Source: Verrucomicrobiia bacterium (GTDB lineage: Bacteria > Verrucomicrobiota > Verrucomicrobiia > Limisphaerales > UBA8199). Taken from it: a stretch of 64,000 nt of DNA. The notes beneath the pieces are model-generated. The model saw nothing but the letters and a program-made list of their open reading frames with translations, had not been told where the DNA came from and ran no database searches. A program made the translations under genes and the position numbers. Each line of letters opens with the position of its first letter. Position 1 is the stretch's first letter. Of this stretch, positions 16,629 through 26,301 are shown piece by piece. Location: assembly GCA_036524155.1 (NCBI GenBank), contig DATDCV010000506.1, positions 1,029 through 65,028 of the forward strand, read 5' to 3'.

Positions 16629-18083
16629 ATGAACTTTTCCAGTAAGGCATACATCCCCCACCAGCCTCAGTTCATCTCAGGCAGCAAGGCAAGGTCCGTG
16701 GCTCGACTCGCACTCCTCGTCCATCTTTGCTGTGCTCTGCAACCCCTTTTCGTTCAGGCGCAGACTAATTTCACCGTCCTAAAGCTGTTTCAGTTGCCGG
16801 ACGCGGGAGTGCCGGGCGGGGGACTGGCAGAAGGCAAAGACGGTGGACTCTACGGAGTCACAGCGGCCGGAGGCGTATCGAATATGGGTACGGTCTTCGT
16901 CCTCCGGTCTGACGGCTCAGGCTACCGCACTCTGAAGAGTTTCGTGGGAACCGATGGAATGACGCCCTGGAGCACGCTCCTGGTGAGCAGCAATGGGACA
17001 CTGTTCGGCACCACGTATTCGGGCGGGCGATCAAATTATGGCACGGTATTCAAGATCAGCCCGAGCGGAACCGGATTTCAAGTTCTTCACGAGTTCGCAG
17101 GTGGCAGCGATGGGAAGATTCCTTCCGGAGCACTCATCGAAGGTCGGGACGGTGGGATCTACGGAATGACAGATTCCGGAGACAGCACCACGCGTGGAAC
17201 CATCTACAGAGTGAATCCGGCTGGCACTGGATACTCCGTGGTTCATGCCTTCACTGGCGGCCCTGATGATGGCCAACAGCCGAAGGGACGCCTTCTCCAA
17301 ACCAGAACCGGCACACTTTTCGGAACTGCCACCTTCGGCGGCGGCACAAAACAACCGGGTGTCGTTTTCCGGCTCGAACCCGATGGTCTCTACTGGCTAC
17401 CCCATGTGTTCGGCAGTGCCGGTGACGGAAGCCAGCCTTCAGCGGGTTTGTTGCAGGCCAGCGACGGCATGCTGTATGGCGTCACCGCCCGCGGCGGCGC
17501 GGGGACGGTGGGCACGGTCTTTAAGATGGATGAGTACGGGGGAAACTACTCGGTCCTGTTGAGCTTTCAGAGAATCGCAACGGACGCGCAGGTGCCGAAC
17601 TCGGAGCTCGTAGAGGGCACCGACGGCGCGTTGTATGGTACCACCGCCTGCTATGGCGACATCAATTCCGGCACGGTATTCAGGCTGATGAAGGACGGCA
17701 GCGGCTATGCCGTCCTGCACGTCCTCGCAACCTCCGTCTCCGTAAGTGACTTTACTACGCCAAATGGGCTCTTGGCAGGGAGGGAGGGCAGCCTTTTTGG
17801 CACCATCCAGTATGGCGGCGGAGGCCCGGACACGGGCGGATGCGCTTACATGCTCAGCCCACTGCCTTTGCCACCCAAAATCTTGTCTATAACCCTCGGC
17901 GGGGGCGGGGTCTCGATTCAATCTGCAGCCACTTCGGGTATTTACTACGACCTGCTCCGGTCGACGAACCTTTCATCCTGGTCCGTGCTCAATACCGTAT
18001 TGTCCCCTCCCAACGGCCAACTAGGCTGGACAAATGCGGGCAGCCCTGAACCGGCCGCCTTTTACCGGCTCCGGCAACATTGA
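16629..18083 (+). CDS. Secreted Gloeo_Verruco (GloVer) repeat protein with FYR-type C-terminal module
   Basis: Six or more repeats of GG..N.GTVF+(L/I)..DGSGY..L+.F (GGVSNMGTVFVLRSDGSGYRTLKSF, GGRSNYGTVFKISPSGTGFQVLHEF and others). Signal peptide present. Tail ...STNLSSWSVL...AAFYRLRQH. Confidence 0.88.
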   Translation: MNFSSKAYIPHQPQFISGSKARSVARLALLVHLCCALQPLFVQAQTNFTVLKLFQLPDAGVPGGGLAEGKDGGLYGVTAAGGVSNMGTVFVLRSDGSGYRTLKSFVGTDGMTPWSTLLVSSNGTLFGTTYSGGRSNYGTVFKISPSGTGFQVLHEFAGGSDGKIPSGALIEGRDGGIYGMTDSGDSTTRGTIYRVNPAGTGYSVVHAFTGGPDDGQQPKGRLLQTRTGTLFGTATFGGGTKQPGVVFRLEPDGLYWLPHVFGSAGDGSQPSAGLLQASDGMLYGVTARGGAGTVGTVFKMDEYGGNYSVLLSFQRIATDAQVPNSELVEGTDGALYGTTACYGDINSGTVFRLMKDGSGYAVLHVLATSVSVSDFTTPNGLLAGREGSLFGTIQYGGGGPDTGGCAYMLSPLPLPPKILSITLGGGGVSIQSAATSGIYYDLLRSTNLSSWSVLNTVLSPPNGQLGWTNAGSPEPAAFYRLRQH

Positions 18084-18627
18084 GCCAGAAAAGAGCGTGA
18101 GCGGCCGGTGGGCCCCATTCTTCACAGCGCGGCGGCGGACGAGGTGTAGGATTACCCGCTGGACCTGAAAGATTTCCAGGGAGTCGCAAGATTTGAACCA
18201 TAGGTTGGCTCGCGATGATGCACTCGATGGCCGATCCACCGGGAGCCCGCTGTTGCCCGCCGCAGTTTGCACAGTGCATGGTGCACGGTCCACGGTCGCA
18301 GAAGTCCCAAGCTCAAAGCCCAAATTCTAAGGTCCAGGACCGAGCATCCGGCGCGCGGACTTCAGTCCGCGCGCCGACCACGCCCCAGCCGGGGTGAGTA
18401 CTCCACAGCTGTTGGTAATGAGTTCTTCCTCCCCAGCAACGCTCATGTCGTCGCGTCACGAACACTGCGAGCACTTTTACAGGCTGAAGAAGAGCTACGG
18501 ACGACCTGGACTGTCGTCGCCATGAACACGGGAAAAGGGGCGAGCCTCTACTGTGATCTCTGCTGGAAAGTCACAATTTCTGCGACCCCCGTTCGGGGGT
18601 AGCGCACGCTTTGTGGCGTTGGTTCCG

Positions 18628-18696
18628 CAAAAGGGGTTCACCCAGAGCCCTGCTTCATTTTCCTTCTGAACTTGCAGTTTGGCGGGTGGACGGCAC
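18628..18696 (+). repeat. R2 repeat, copy 1
   Basis: CAAAAGGGGTTCACCCAGAGCCCTGCTTCATTTTCCTTCTGAACTTGCAGTTTGGCGGGTGGACGGCAC aligns with 37306-37373. Confidence 0.8.
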
Positions 18697-18888
18697 CCAC
18701 CGGATTGAATGCCGTTCGGCCCGTCCGGCTACCGCTCGCGGGGTCAGACCTGCATTCTATTCACTGGGGAACCTCCTCTGGGCCAGAACCCACTATTTTC
18801 ACAAACGCGCGGTAACTGTTTGAATCCGGATCACGAAATAAGCCGGGACATCATCCAGAAAATCAGCCAAACTATTACGACGCTAAAC

Positions 18889-20172
18889 ATGAAAAAGAGG
18901 TCCAGATTGAGATGCGTCGCGGCCATCCTGCTCGGCGCGTTGGCGATGGCGAATGCGGCAGATACAAATGCCGCGAGCTCCGCCGCCCCAAGCTCACGCG
19001 AGCAGCGCTGGAAGGAGGACCTGGATTATTTCGCCAAGGAACTTCCCGCCAGGCACATACGGTTCTCCCAAATCGCCTCGTCGAAGAGATTCCAGCGTGA
19101 CGTTGATCGTCTTAGCGCGGAAGTACCGCAATTGTCTGACACTGAGATCGTGCTGAAGTTAATGCGCCAGGTGGCCGGCTTAGGCGTGTCGCACACGCGC
19201 GTGGATTGGCCGGGCGGGGCGCTCGCGTTTCACGAGTATCCGCTCGGGTTCTACTGGTTTTCCGACGGGCTGGCGGTTGCCTCGGCACGTCCTGAGTATC
19301 AGGAAGCGGTTGGTGCCCGCGTGATCCGGCTCGGCTCGCGCAAACCACGGCAAGTTCAGGAGGCCCTGGCGGCATACGTTCCTCACGAGAACACCGCCAA
19401 CCTCCTGGGCGAGAGCCCGGTCTTCCTGCGCAAGGTCGAGTTGCTCCAATATTTGCGGATCGCCGATGCGGATGGCCGCCTGCGGTTGCGACTTGAGAAA
19501 CCCAACGGCCAACCGTTTGAACTGAGTGTTGCGCCCGACGCTGATCCTGCACGGACCAACCGGATCGCGATTTGGGACGCACGGGCGGTCCCCCGCAAAG
19601 CCGCGAGCAAATCCGCGGAGGCGCCTTACTGGTATGAGCATTGGCCTGAAGCCCGGACGCTCTATCTCCAGTACAATGAATGCGGGGACCTGCCCGGCAA
19701 TCCGTTTGCGAGTGTTGTCCAAAGCATGTTTGCCGTCGCAGACACACAACCGGTCCAGCGGGTGATCGTGGACTTGCGGGGCAACGGCGGTGGCGACTCC
19801 ACTGTGGTGATGCCGCTGTTGGAGGGCTTGAAGACGCGCCCCGCCTTGAGCGCCAGGAGGCATCTCTATGCCTTGATTGGCCGCGGCACATGTTCTTCCG
19901 GAATGTGGGCCGCCTTGGACTTGGAGCAACGGTTCGGCGCGCTCCTGGTCGGCGAGCCGACCGGCGGCAAGCCTAATTCCTACGGAGACGTGCGCCTATT
20001 CGAGCTGCCGCATTCCAGGCTGGTGGTGCGCTACTCGACCAAGTGGTTCCAACGGAGGGACGGAAATTCGCCCTCGCTCAGCCCCAATCTACCGGCGCTC
20101 CCGTCACTTTCCGATGGTCTCGCGGGCCGCGATCCGGCTTTGGAGGCGGCACTGAATTTTCCGCTCGAATGA
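18889..20172 (+). CDS. Secreted S41-family (tail-specific protease-like) peptidase
   Basis: Start at MKKRSRLRCVAAILLGALAMANA (signal peptide; ATG 18889). VIVDLRGNGGGDS motif, GRGTCSSGMWAA and GEPTGGKPN are consistent with an S41 Ser/Lys fold. Confidence 0.72.
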   Translation: MKKRSRLRCVAAILLGALAMANAADTNAASSAAPSSREQRWKEDLDYFAKELPARHIRFSQIASSKRFQRDVDRLSAEVPQLSDTEIVLKLMRQVAGLGVSHTRVDWPGGALAFHEYPLGFYWFSDGLAVASARPEYQEAVGARVIRLGSRKPRQVQEALAAYVPHENTANLLGESPVFLRKVELLQYLRIADADGRLRLRLEKPNGQPFELSVAPDADPARTNRIAIWDARAVPRKAASKSAEAPYWYEHWPEARTLYLQYNECGDLPGNPFASVVQSMFAVADTQPVQRVIVDLRGNGGGDSTVVMPLLEGLKTRPALSARRHLYALIGRGTCSSGMWAALDLEQRFGALLVGEPTGGKPNSYGDVRLFELPHSRLVVRYSTKWFQRRDGNSPSLSPNLPALPSLSDGLAGRDPALEAALNFPLE

Positions 20173-20444
20173 GCGAGCGAGAGCGGATCAAGCCGCCAGA
20201 ACGATCTGCCGGCAGTAACCAACGAGCCAACGGCCTCACCGTCTCACGCTCCTTCCCCTTTCCACTCTCTGCAGCTTCACCCGCTTTTCCAGTTGCGCAA
20301 TGCTTTCAAGGTCCGCCAATTGAAGACTCGCGGGAATCTTACCTTGGCTCATACGTCGGTCCTGCTCTGGCTCAATCCTGCTGATATACCGGTGGGACCT
20401 GGGCTCACGAAGTTAGCCTCTCCGGATGACCGGATTCGCGCGAG

Positions 20445-22622
20445 CTAAAGTTGCTTGAGACGATAGAACCTCAGAGCGGTGCCAGGGGCCTGCGGGTCCG
20501 AAATGGTTGCATCCTGGCCGTTGCCCGAGATCGGGCCGCCTGGAAGGTCGGTCCAGTTGGAACCTGGGTTCGAAGAGTATTGCGCTGAATACTGCTGCCC
20601 GGCAAAGGTGCGGAAGGTAACGGCCGGAACACCATTGCTCAGGCGTAAGCCACCGAATTGCAGTTGGACCGGAACCGCCAAACTGTAGCTGCGGTAGCGA
20701 GAGTTGCTCCAATCCGCGCTGCCCCCGGCCAGCGCGACCACGACGTTGCTCAAGCCTGGCGGCACATTGGACTGGCCTTCGTCATTACCACCCCAGGCCA
20801 CCATCGTGCCATCGGTCTTCAGAGCGAGGCTGTGGTGCTTGCCCGCCGCAATCGCCAGCACATTGGTCAAACCCGCTGGTGGGGTTCGTTGCCCGCTGGC
20901 GTTGTCGCCCCATCCAACCACGAGACCGTCGGCCTTCAAGGCCAGGCTGTGCGTGCCGCCGGCCGCCACGGCGACAACGTTGCTGAGGCCGGCCGGGACG
21001 TTGGTCTGCCCACTACTGTTGCCTCCCCAGGCCGCTACTGTGCCATCTTGCTTGAGTGCCAAGACGTGCGCGCCGCCCGCGGAAACGGCGCTGATATTTC
21101 CCAGGCCTGCCGGGACATTGGTCTGGCCGCCGCTGTTGCTGCCCCAGGCAACCACCATGCCATCCTGCTTGAGCGCCAGGCAAAAGCCATCGCTGTAATC
21201 GAACGAACCCGCCGCAATGGCGATCACGTTGCTCAGCCCTGCCGGCACATTGGTTTGATGCGTCGAGTTGAGTCCCCACGCGGTCACGAGACCATCAGCC
21301 GTCAGCGCCAACGCGTGGAACGAACCTGCGGCCAGGGCCGTCACCCGGCTCAGGTCCGCCGGTGTTGCCAGCCTCCCCCAACCCGCCACGGTGCCGTCAC
21401 TTCTCAGCGCGAGGGTGAAGTTTCCGCCTGCGGCTGCGCTCACGATGTCGTTCAGTGCGCCAGGCACGTTCGCCTGACCCAGTGAGTTGGCGCCCCAGGC
21501 CACGAGCCGTCCGTCGCTCAGGCGAGCCACACTGTGCGCCAGGCCGGCAGCAATGGCGATTACATCGCCTAAGCCCGCCGGCACATCGGTCTGACCGTTG
21601 CTGTTGCTGCCCCAGGCGACCACGGTGCCGTCACGCTTCAACGCAAGGCTGTGCGCCTGCCCAGCGGCGATGGCGATCGCGCCGGTCAGGCCTGAAGGTA
21701 CATTGGTTTGGCCGTTGCCGTTATTGCCCCAGGCGACAACCGTCCCATCATTCTTGAGGGCCAGGCTGTGACTGCCTCCGGCGCTCACCGCCATAACATT
21801 GTTCAAGTCGGGTGGCACATTGGTCTGGCCATAGGAATTCGGTCCCCAGGCAAACACGGTGCCATCATTCAACAACGCCAGGCAATGGCCACCGCTGTAA
21901 GTGACGCCGCCGCCGCCGGCCCCGGCTCCGCCGCCGGCCGCGAGCGCAACCACGTTGCTCAGGCCGGAAGGCACCGCTACTTTGCCCCAGCCCGTCACCG
22001 TGCCGTCGTTCTTCAACGCCAGGCTCAGCTCCTGTCCGGCGGCAATCGCCACCACATTGCTCAATGCCGGCGGCACGCTGGTTTGACCGACGAAATTGTA
22101 GCCCCAGGCGACAACGGTTCCATTGCTCCGGAGCGCCAGGCTATGGCCGAAAGTATCCACGGTATAACTCGAACCGGCAGCCACGGCGACCACGTTACTC
22201 AATCCGCCGGGCACCGCCGCCTGTCCGCCGTCGTTGCATCCCCAGGCCAGGACTGTGCCGTCATTCAGAATGCCCAGGCTGTGGTTCTCGGCGGCCGCAA
22301 TATTAGTGAACACCTTTCCGGGCGGTAGATACGGCAAAGTCACCGCTCCCCAGCTCACGATTTGGCCTGACGGCGCACTGGCGGCCAGGACGGACAGCCC
22401 CAGAGTCGCGCCTGCCAAACCAAGCCACGCTGCGGCGCGCGCGTGGAGCGCGAAACGCCATCGCCCGCATGGTCCGGAAACGAAGTGCCGCAGAGACAGT
22501 CCCGACCCGAAGAGTTGCCTCGTCATAACAACGTGTGCTGCCCTTATACTACCCTGGATGCGAGCTCGCAATGCGCGAAACTTATGGTGCTTGAGGAATT
22601 GGCGGCGGGGGCAGGACTTCAC
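20445..22622 (-). CDS. Secreted RCC1-repeat (alpha-tubulin-suppressor-like) beta-propeller protein with FYR-type tail
   Basis: More than 12 repeats of VVAWG.N..GQTNVP.GLSNVVAIAAG..HSLALK.DGTV. The true start may be the internal MTRQLF (22526). Tail ...NPGSNWTDL...LRFYRLKQL. Confidence 0.88.
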   Translation of the reverse strand: MKSCPRRQFLKHHKFRALRARIQGSIRAAHVVMTRQLFGSGLSLRHFVSGPCGRWRFALHARAAAWLGLAGATLGLSVLAASAPSGQIVSWGAVTLPYLPPGKVFTNIAAAENHSLGILNDGTVLAWGCNDGGQAAVPGGLSNVVAVAAGSSYTVDTFGHSLALRSNGTVVAWGYNFVGQTSVPPALSNVVAIAAGQELSLALKNDGTVTGWGKVAVPSGLSNVVALAAGGGAGAGGGGVTYSGGHCLALLNDGTVFAWGPNSYGQTNVPPDLNNVMAVSAGGSHSLALKNDGTVVAWGNNGNGQTNVPSGLTGAIAIAAGQAHSLALKRDGTVVAWGSNSNGQTDVPAGLGDVIAIAAGLAHSVARLSDGRLVAWGANSLGQANVPGALNDIVSAAAGGNFTLALRSDGTVAGWGRLATPADLSRVTALAAGSFHALALTADGLVTAWGLNSTHQTNVPAGLSNVIAIAAGSFDYSDGFCLALKQDGMVVAWGSNSGGQTNVPAGLGNISAVSAGGAHVLALKQDGTVAAWGGNSSGQTNVPAGLSNVVAVAAGGTHSLALKADGLVVGWGDNASGQRTPPAGLTNVLAIAAGKHHSLALKTDGTMVAWGGNDEGQSNVPPGLSNVVVALAGGSADWSNSRYRSYSLAVPVQLQFGGLRLSNGVPAVTFRTFAGQQYSAQYSSNPGSNWTDLPGGPISGNGQDATISDPQAPGTALRFYRLKQL

Positions 22623-22649
22623 GCTCGATCCTGGAAGCGCCCGTTCGGG

Positions 22650-24416
22650 TTACCAACGCAGCACTCGGTAAAAGCGTTGCGGGCCGGCGGTTTGCTGGGT
22701 GAGGGTCAGTGCCGCGCCATTTCCGGCGAGCAGCCGGACTGTCGTCCAATTGGGAGCGCTGAGTGAATCGGCGGATTGCAGCGCATACACCCGCCCGCTG
22801 CGGGAAGCAATCGACAGGTTCAATGCATCGGCCGATACCGAGACGGCGGTGATCGACGCGTGGAGAAGCTGTGACGGCCGGCCGACCAAAGCCAGGTCGT
22901 GGTCGGTGCCAGCGGCAATGGCGACTGCGTTGGTCAGTCGCGGTGGGGCGATTGGATTTCCAGGGTCATTGAGGTGCATCCCCCAACCCGCCACCTTGCC
23001 GTCGGCACCGAGAGCCAGACTATGGGCGGCGCCCGCCGCGACCGCGACCACATTTGTCAGCCCGACGGGGACGTTCGTTTGCCCTGCATAGTTTTGGCCC
23101 CAGGCTGCCACGGTGCCGTCGGCGAGCAACGCCAGCGCGTGCGAATCGCCAGCGGCAATCGCCACAACGTTGCTGAGATTGGCTGGAACACGAGGACCGC
23201 CTCCCCAGCCTGTGACCGTGCCATCGGCTGTCAGCGCCAGGCTGTACGAGTTCGCGGCGATGCCGATGACATTGCTTAGCCCGGGGGGAACATTTGTCTC
23301 ACTATACGCATTATACGGATTGCCTCCCCAGGCCGCCACCGTGCCGTCGGCCAGCAACGCCAGGCTGTGCGATGCCCCGCCCGCAATCGCCACCACATCG
23401 CTTAAACCTGCCGGCACATTGGTTTGGCCGTAACGGTTGTCTCCCCAGCCAACGACAGTCCCATCCGCTTTCAGAGCGAGACAGTGCCAACTGCCGGCGG
23501 CAATAGCGATGAGGTTGGTCAAGCCGTCCGGACACGTTGTCTCCCCGAGAGTGTTCTTGCCCCATGCGGCTACGGTCCCGTCGCTGCGGAGCATCAGCCC
23601 GTCGTAGTCCCCGGCATCGATGGCCAGTAAATTGGTCGCCCCGGACGGGACCGCTGTCGCGTCCAAAAGAGACGATCCCCAGGCCGTGAGTTCTCCCAGC
23701 TCGAGCACGGCGTTTGAGCTCGACAGCAAAGCGACGTTGTTGGTGATCAAAACAGTGTAGGCGCCCACGGTTGAAGAATCGACATTGGTCACGGTGTAGG
23801 AAGAGGTCGTTGCACCGGGAATCTCCTCTGTATTGAATCGCCATTGATAGCTCAAGGGTGGCGTGCCGCCGGGCGCCACTCTGAAGGTTACAGGGAAACC
23901 GGCGACTTGCGATTGGGATCTCGGTTGCAAGGAAATGATCGGCCCCACGGCTCCCGGAGTGTAGCTGACTTCATCCAGATAACCCCTGGAAATGGTATCT
24001 AATGCGGGTCCCTTGGCGTAGGTCCACCTGACGTTTTGCGAGCCGCTTCCGAGATAGACCGTTTGTTGCTGCCAGTTTGATTGCGACATCAAAGATAGCG
24101 CGGTGTTACTCGAAGTGAACGAGAGGGTGTTCATGTAAGAGGGGCTGCTCCACCAAAATGTCAATGTTCCTGGCCCGTTGAGCGTGGTCTCCAGAATCGA
24201 GCTGCCTGAGCCCATAATGGTGCCGCTCATCGCGGCCGAGGAGCCGTCGTGCGTATTCGAGGTCTCGGCGGACCAACCCGAAACACCGTATGTCCCGCTG
24301 GTGCTCCAGGTGAGATCCGGTGCGTTGAGCGCATCCCCCAGCGCTTGACCGAACACCGGGAAAGAGCAAGCAAGGACGAAGAATGAAAGGGAAAACCAAA
24401 AGCGGAAAGGTTTCAT
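22650..24416 (-). CDS. Secreted protein: N-terminal domain + Ig-like domain + RCC1 repeats + FYR-type tail
   Basis: Signal peptide MKPFRFWFSLSFFVLACSFPVFGQA. Ig-like PLSYQWRFNTEEIPGATTSSYTVTNVD..GAYTVLITN. RCC1 repeats (VAAWG.N..GETTCP.GLTNLIAIAAG..HCLALKADGTV). Tail ...SAPNWTTV...QRFYRVLRW. Confidence 0.88.
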   Translation of the reverse strand: MKPFRFWFSLSFFVLACSFPVFGQALGDALNAPDLTWSTSGTYGVSGWSAETSNTHDGSSAAMSGTIMGSGSSILETTLNGPGTLTFWWSSPSYMNTLSFTSSNTALSLMSQSNWQQQTVYLGSGSQNVRWTYAKGPALDTISRGYLDEVSYTPGAVGPIISLQPRSQSQVAGFPVTFRVAPGGTPPLSYQWRFNTEEIPGATTSSYTVTNVDSSTVGAYTVLITNNVALLSSSNAVLELGELTAWGSSLLDATAVPSGATNLLAIDAGDYDGLMLRSDGTVAAWGKNTLGETTCPDGLTNLIAIAAGSWHCLALKADGTVVGWGDNRYGQTNVPAGLSDVVAIAGGASHSLALLADGTVAAWGGNPYNAYSETNVPPGLSNVIGIAANSYSLALTADGTVTGWGGGPRVPANLSNVVAIAAGDSHALALLADGTVAAWGQNYAGQTNVPVGLTNVVAVAAGAAHSLALGADGKVAGWGMHLNDPGNPIAPPRLTNAVAIAAGTDHDLALVGRPSQLLHASITAVSVSADALNLSIASRSGRVYALQSADSLSAPNWTTVRLLAGNGAALTLTQQTAGPQRFYRVLRW

Positions 24417-24635
24417 GGGAGTTCGTTCTGTTCTTCGCAGCGTGTAAATGTGAACGTCAATAAAGTAAAGATGATTGTTGGGTGGCTTCGATCTCCGATT
24501 CTACGCGGCGCTCTCCGTCCCTGTGAACGACAAGGAAAAGGGGTCGGAACCGAGTATTTTCAGAAACATTTCGCTGTCAGGTTCAGCCTAAGGTCAACTC
24601 GGCTCGAGGCCAACTCCGCAGCCCGACGCCAAGCG

Positions 24636-25514
24636 CTACTCAAACCTCTCCACCCACAGCAGGTCCTTCTCAATTTTGATGAGCTGTCGATCAATCGCAG
24701 CTTTCGTATCTTCGTGCGGACGCAACGCCGCCTCCTTGGCATATCGGATTCCCCGGCGCTGACCTGCCGCCAGTTCCGAGTCATACAGCCCAATCCAGTT
24801 CTTCCCCGCATGAACACTCTGCACACGCGCCTGTTGCCGGATAGAGGCCATCGCCGCCGTCGCCTCTCGCCGTTCCGCCTGCAGTTCCTTCTTCCGATGC
24901 CTTAGTTCTTTAACCAACAGCTCTTTCTCCGCCGACGTGTTCGGCGTGAAATCCACCGCCTCCTGCAATTGTGCTGCCATCTGGAGAAGCCGAGTCTTTC
25001 TCTGCCTCAGACTTGAAAGCTGGGCCGCAATCGCCTCCTCCCGATAGTGGCTGCCGAAGGCCCGCTTCAGAAACGACCTTTCCTCGAATTCCCGCCTCGC
25101 TTGGGCCAGGGCCGTCGATCCTTTCGCGATCGCATGGTCTAACCCCCGCAGCCCCGCCACGATCTTCTTAATCTCCTCCTTTGCCTTTGCATCCCACCTG
25201 TCCACTTCCGCGTAGCTCGAAAGCTGCGCAAACTCTCGCATCAGCTTCTCAAAGCCACCATCCGCGTAGGCGAATGGAAAATCCTCCTGGCCAGGTCCAC
25301 CCTCTCCCCTTCTATCCGCCGCAACTGCAACCGATCGCGGCCCCGCCTTCACGCCGGATGGAATAACTTTGCACACCGGCTCCCACGCACCCATGCCAGG
25401 CCTGGCATAGAGCGTATCAGCCGGAATTTCGCCCCGCCGGATCATCTCCTCCAGCTCGCGCAACTCAAAAGGTCCGCTCTCCTGATCGCCGAGCAAGATG
25501 TAGAAATCGCTCAT
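24636..25514 (-). CDS. GYF_2 (DUF4339) domain protein with coiled-coil C-terminal region
   Basis: N-terminus FYILLGDQESGPFELRELEEMIRRGEIPADTLYARPGMGAWEPV is the GYF_2 pattern. The remainder is charged and helical. Confidence 0.7.
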   Translation of the reverse strand: MSDFYILLGDQESGPFELRELEEMIRRGEIPADTLYARPGMGAWEPVCKVIPSGVKAGPRSVAVAADRRGEGGPGQEDFPFAYADGGFEKLMREFAQLSSYAEVDRWDAKAKEEIKKIVAGLRGLDHAIAKGSTALAQARREFEERSFLKRAFGSHYREEAIAAQLSSLRQRKTRLLQMAAQLQEAVDFTPNTSAEKELLVKELRHRKKELQAERREATAAMASIRQQARVQSVHAGKNWIGLYDSELAAGQRRGIRYAKEAALRPHEDTKAAIDRQLIKIEKDLLWVERFE

Positions 25515-25663
25515 GTTAGGCCCCGCAGATTTCGCTGCCGATACTGCGGCAGAGGTCGCCCATCGTCAAGCGAGTGTACACCTGCAAGGCTCGCCGTCGT
25601 GCCGCGAGCCGCACTTGAGGCTGAGTATAAAAGGGGAATTGACAGTATATACGCCATTGGCGT

Positions 25664-25796
25664 ATGGTGCTGTGTGTGGAATTTATCGAGACGCCGACGT
25701 TTACGCGGTTGGTCGGAAAGCTGATGGATGACAATGAGTATGCGAAACTACAGCTCGCGCTGGCTCTGCGTCCTGACTGGGGGAAGAGTTCGGATT
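25664..25796 (+). pseudogene. Truncated HigB-2-type (RelE/ParE superfamily) toxin remnant
   Basis: VEFIETPTFTRLVGKLMDDNEYAKLQLALALRPDWG matches only the first ~40 aa of HigB-2-like toxins (FVES..F......LSDEEY..LQ..L..NP..G). The GGLRKxR...KGKRGG core is absent and the antitoxin ATG follows at 25797. Confidence 0.6.
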
Positions 25797-26084
25797 ATGA
25801 AGAAAGACCTTTTTGGACAATTGAAGCAGAGCCTGCGCGAGGCAAACCTGATCAAACGCGGGCAGTTGAAGCCTGGCCGAGTGTTTCACGTGAATCCGGA
25901 GTCGGACATTGTGCGGGTGCGTGGCAAGCTGGGTTTGTCGCAGCCGAAGTTTGCGGCGATTTTGGGCATCAGTGCCGATACGTTGCAGAACTGGGAGCAG
26001 GGACGGCGGACGCCAACTGGGCCGGCGAAGGTGCTGCTGAAGATTGCCGCGAGACACCCTGAGGTGTTGTTGAAAGTGGTGTAA
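25797..26084 (+). CDS. higA: HigA-2-like XRE-family antitoxin
   Basis: MKKDLFGQLKQSLREA... then HTH VRGKLGLSQPKFAAILGISADTLQNWEQGRRTPTGPAKVLLKIAARHPEVL. Confidence 0.8.
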   Translation: MKKDLFGQLKQSLREANLIKRGQLKPGRVFHVNPESDIVRVRGKLGLSQPKFAAILGISADTLQNWEQGRRTPTGPAKVLLKIAARHPEVLLKVV

Positions 26085-26301
26085 TCGGCTGTGGGGTCGG
26101 GACCCGGTATTTTCACAACCATAACGTTACGGCCAGGCCGACGCTGGCCCAGCGGTGATTTCGTAGATGCCAAGAACGGCCGGCCCGGCGAGGCGGCCCC
26201 ACCCTTTAGTGAGGGGTTACTCTATTGAGCTAATGCAGTGTTGACTCCCACCCCGCATCATTCACAATCCTCGCGCAGGGCTGGTCGCGCATTCAGGCAC
26301 C

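Noticed and set aside
26085-26301. A promoter-like TTGACT about 60 nt upstream of the LVIVD gene
   Set aside because: The best -10 candidate at proper spacing (ACAATC) is weak, so there is insufficient support to call it.
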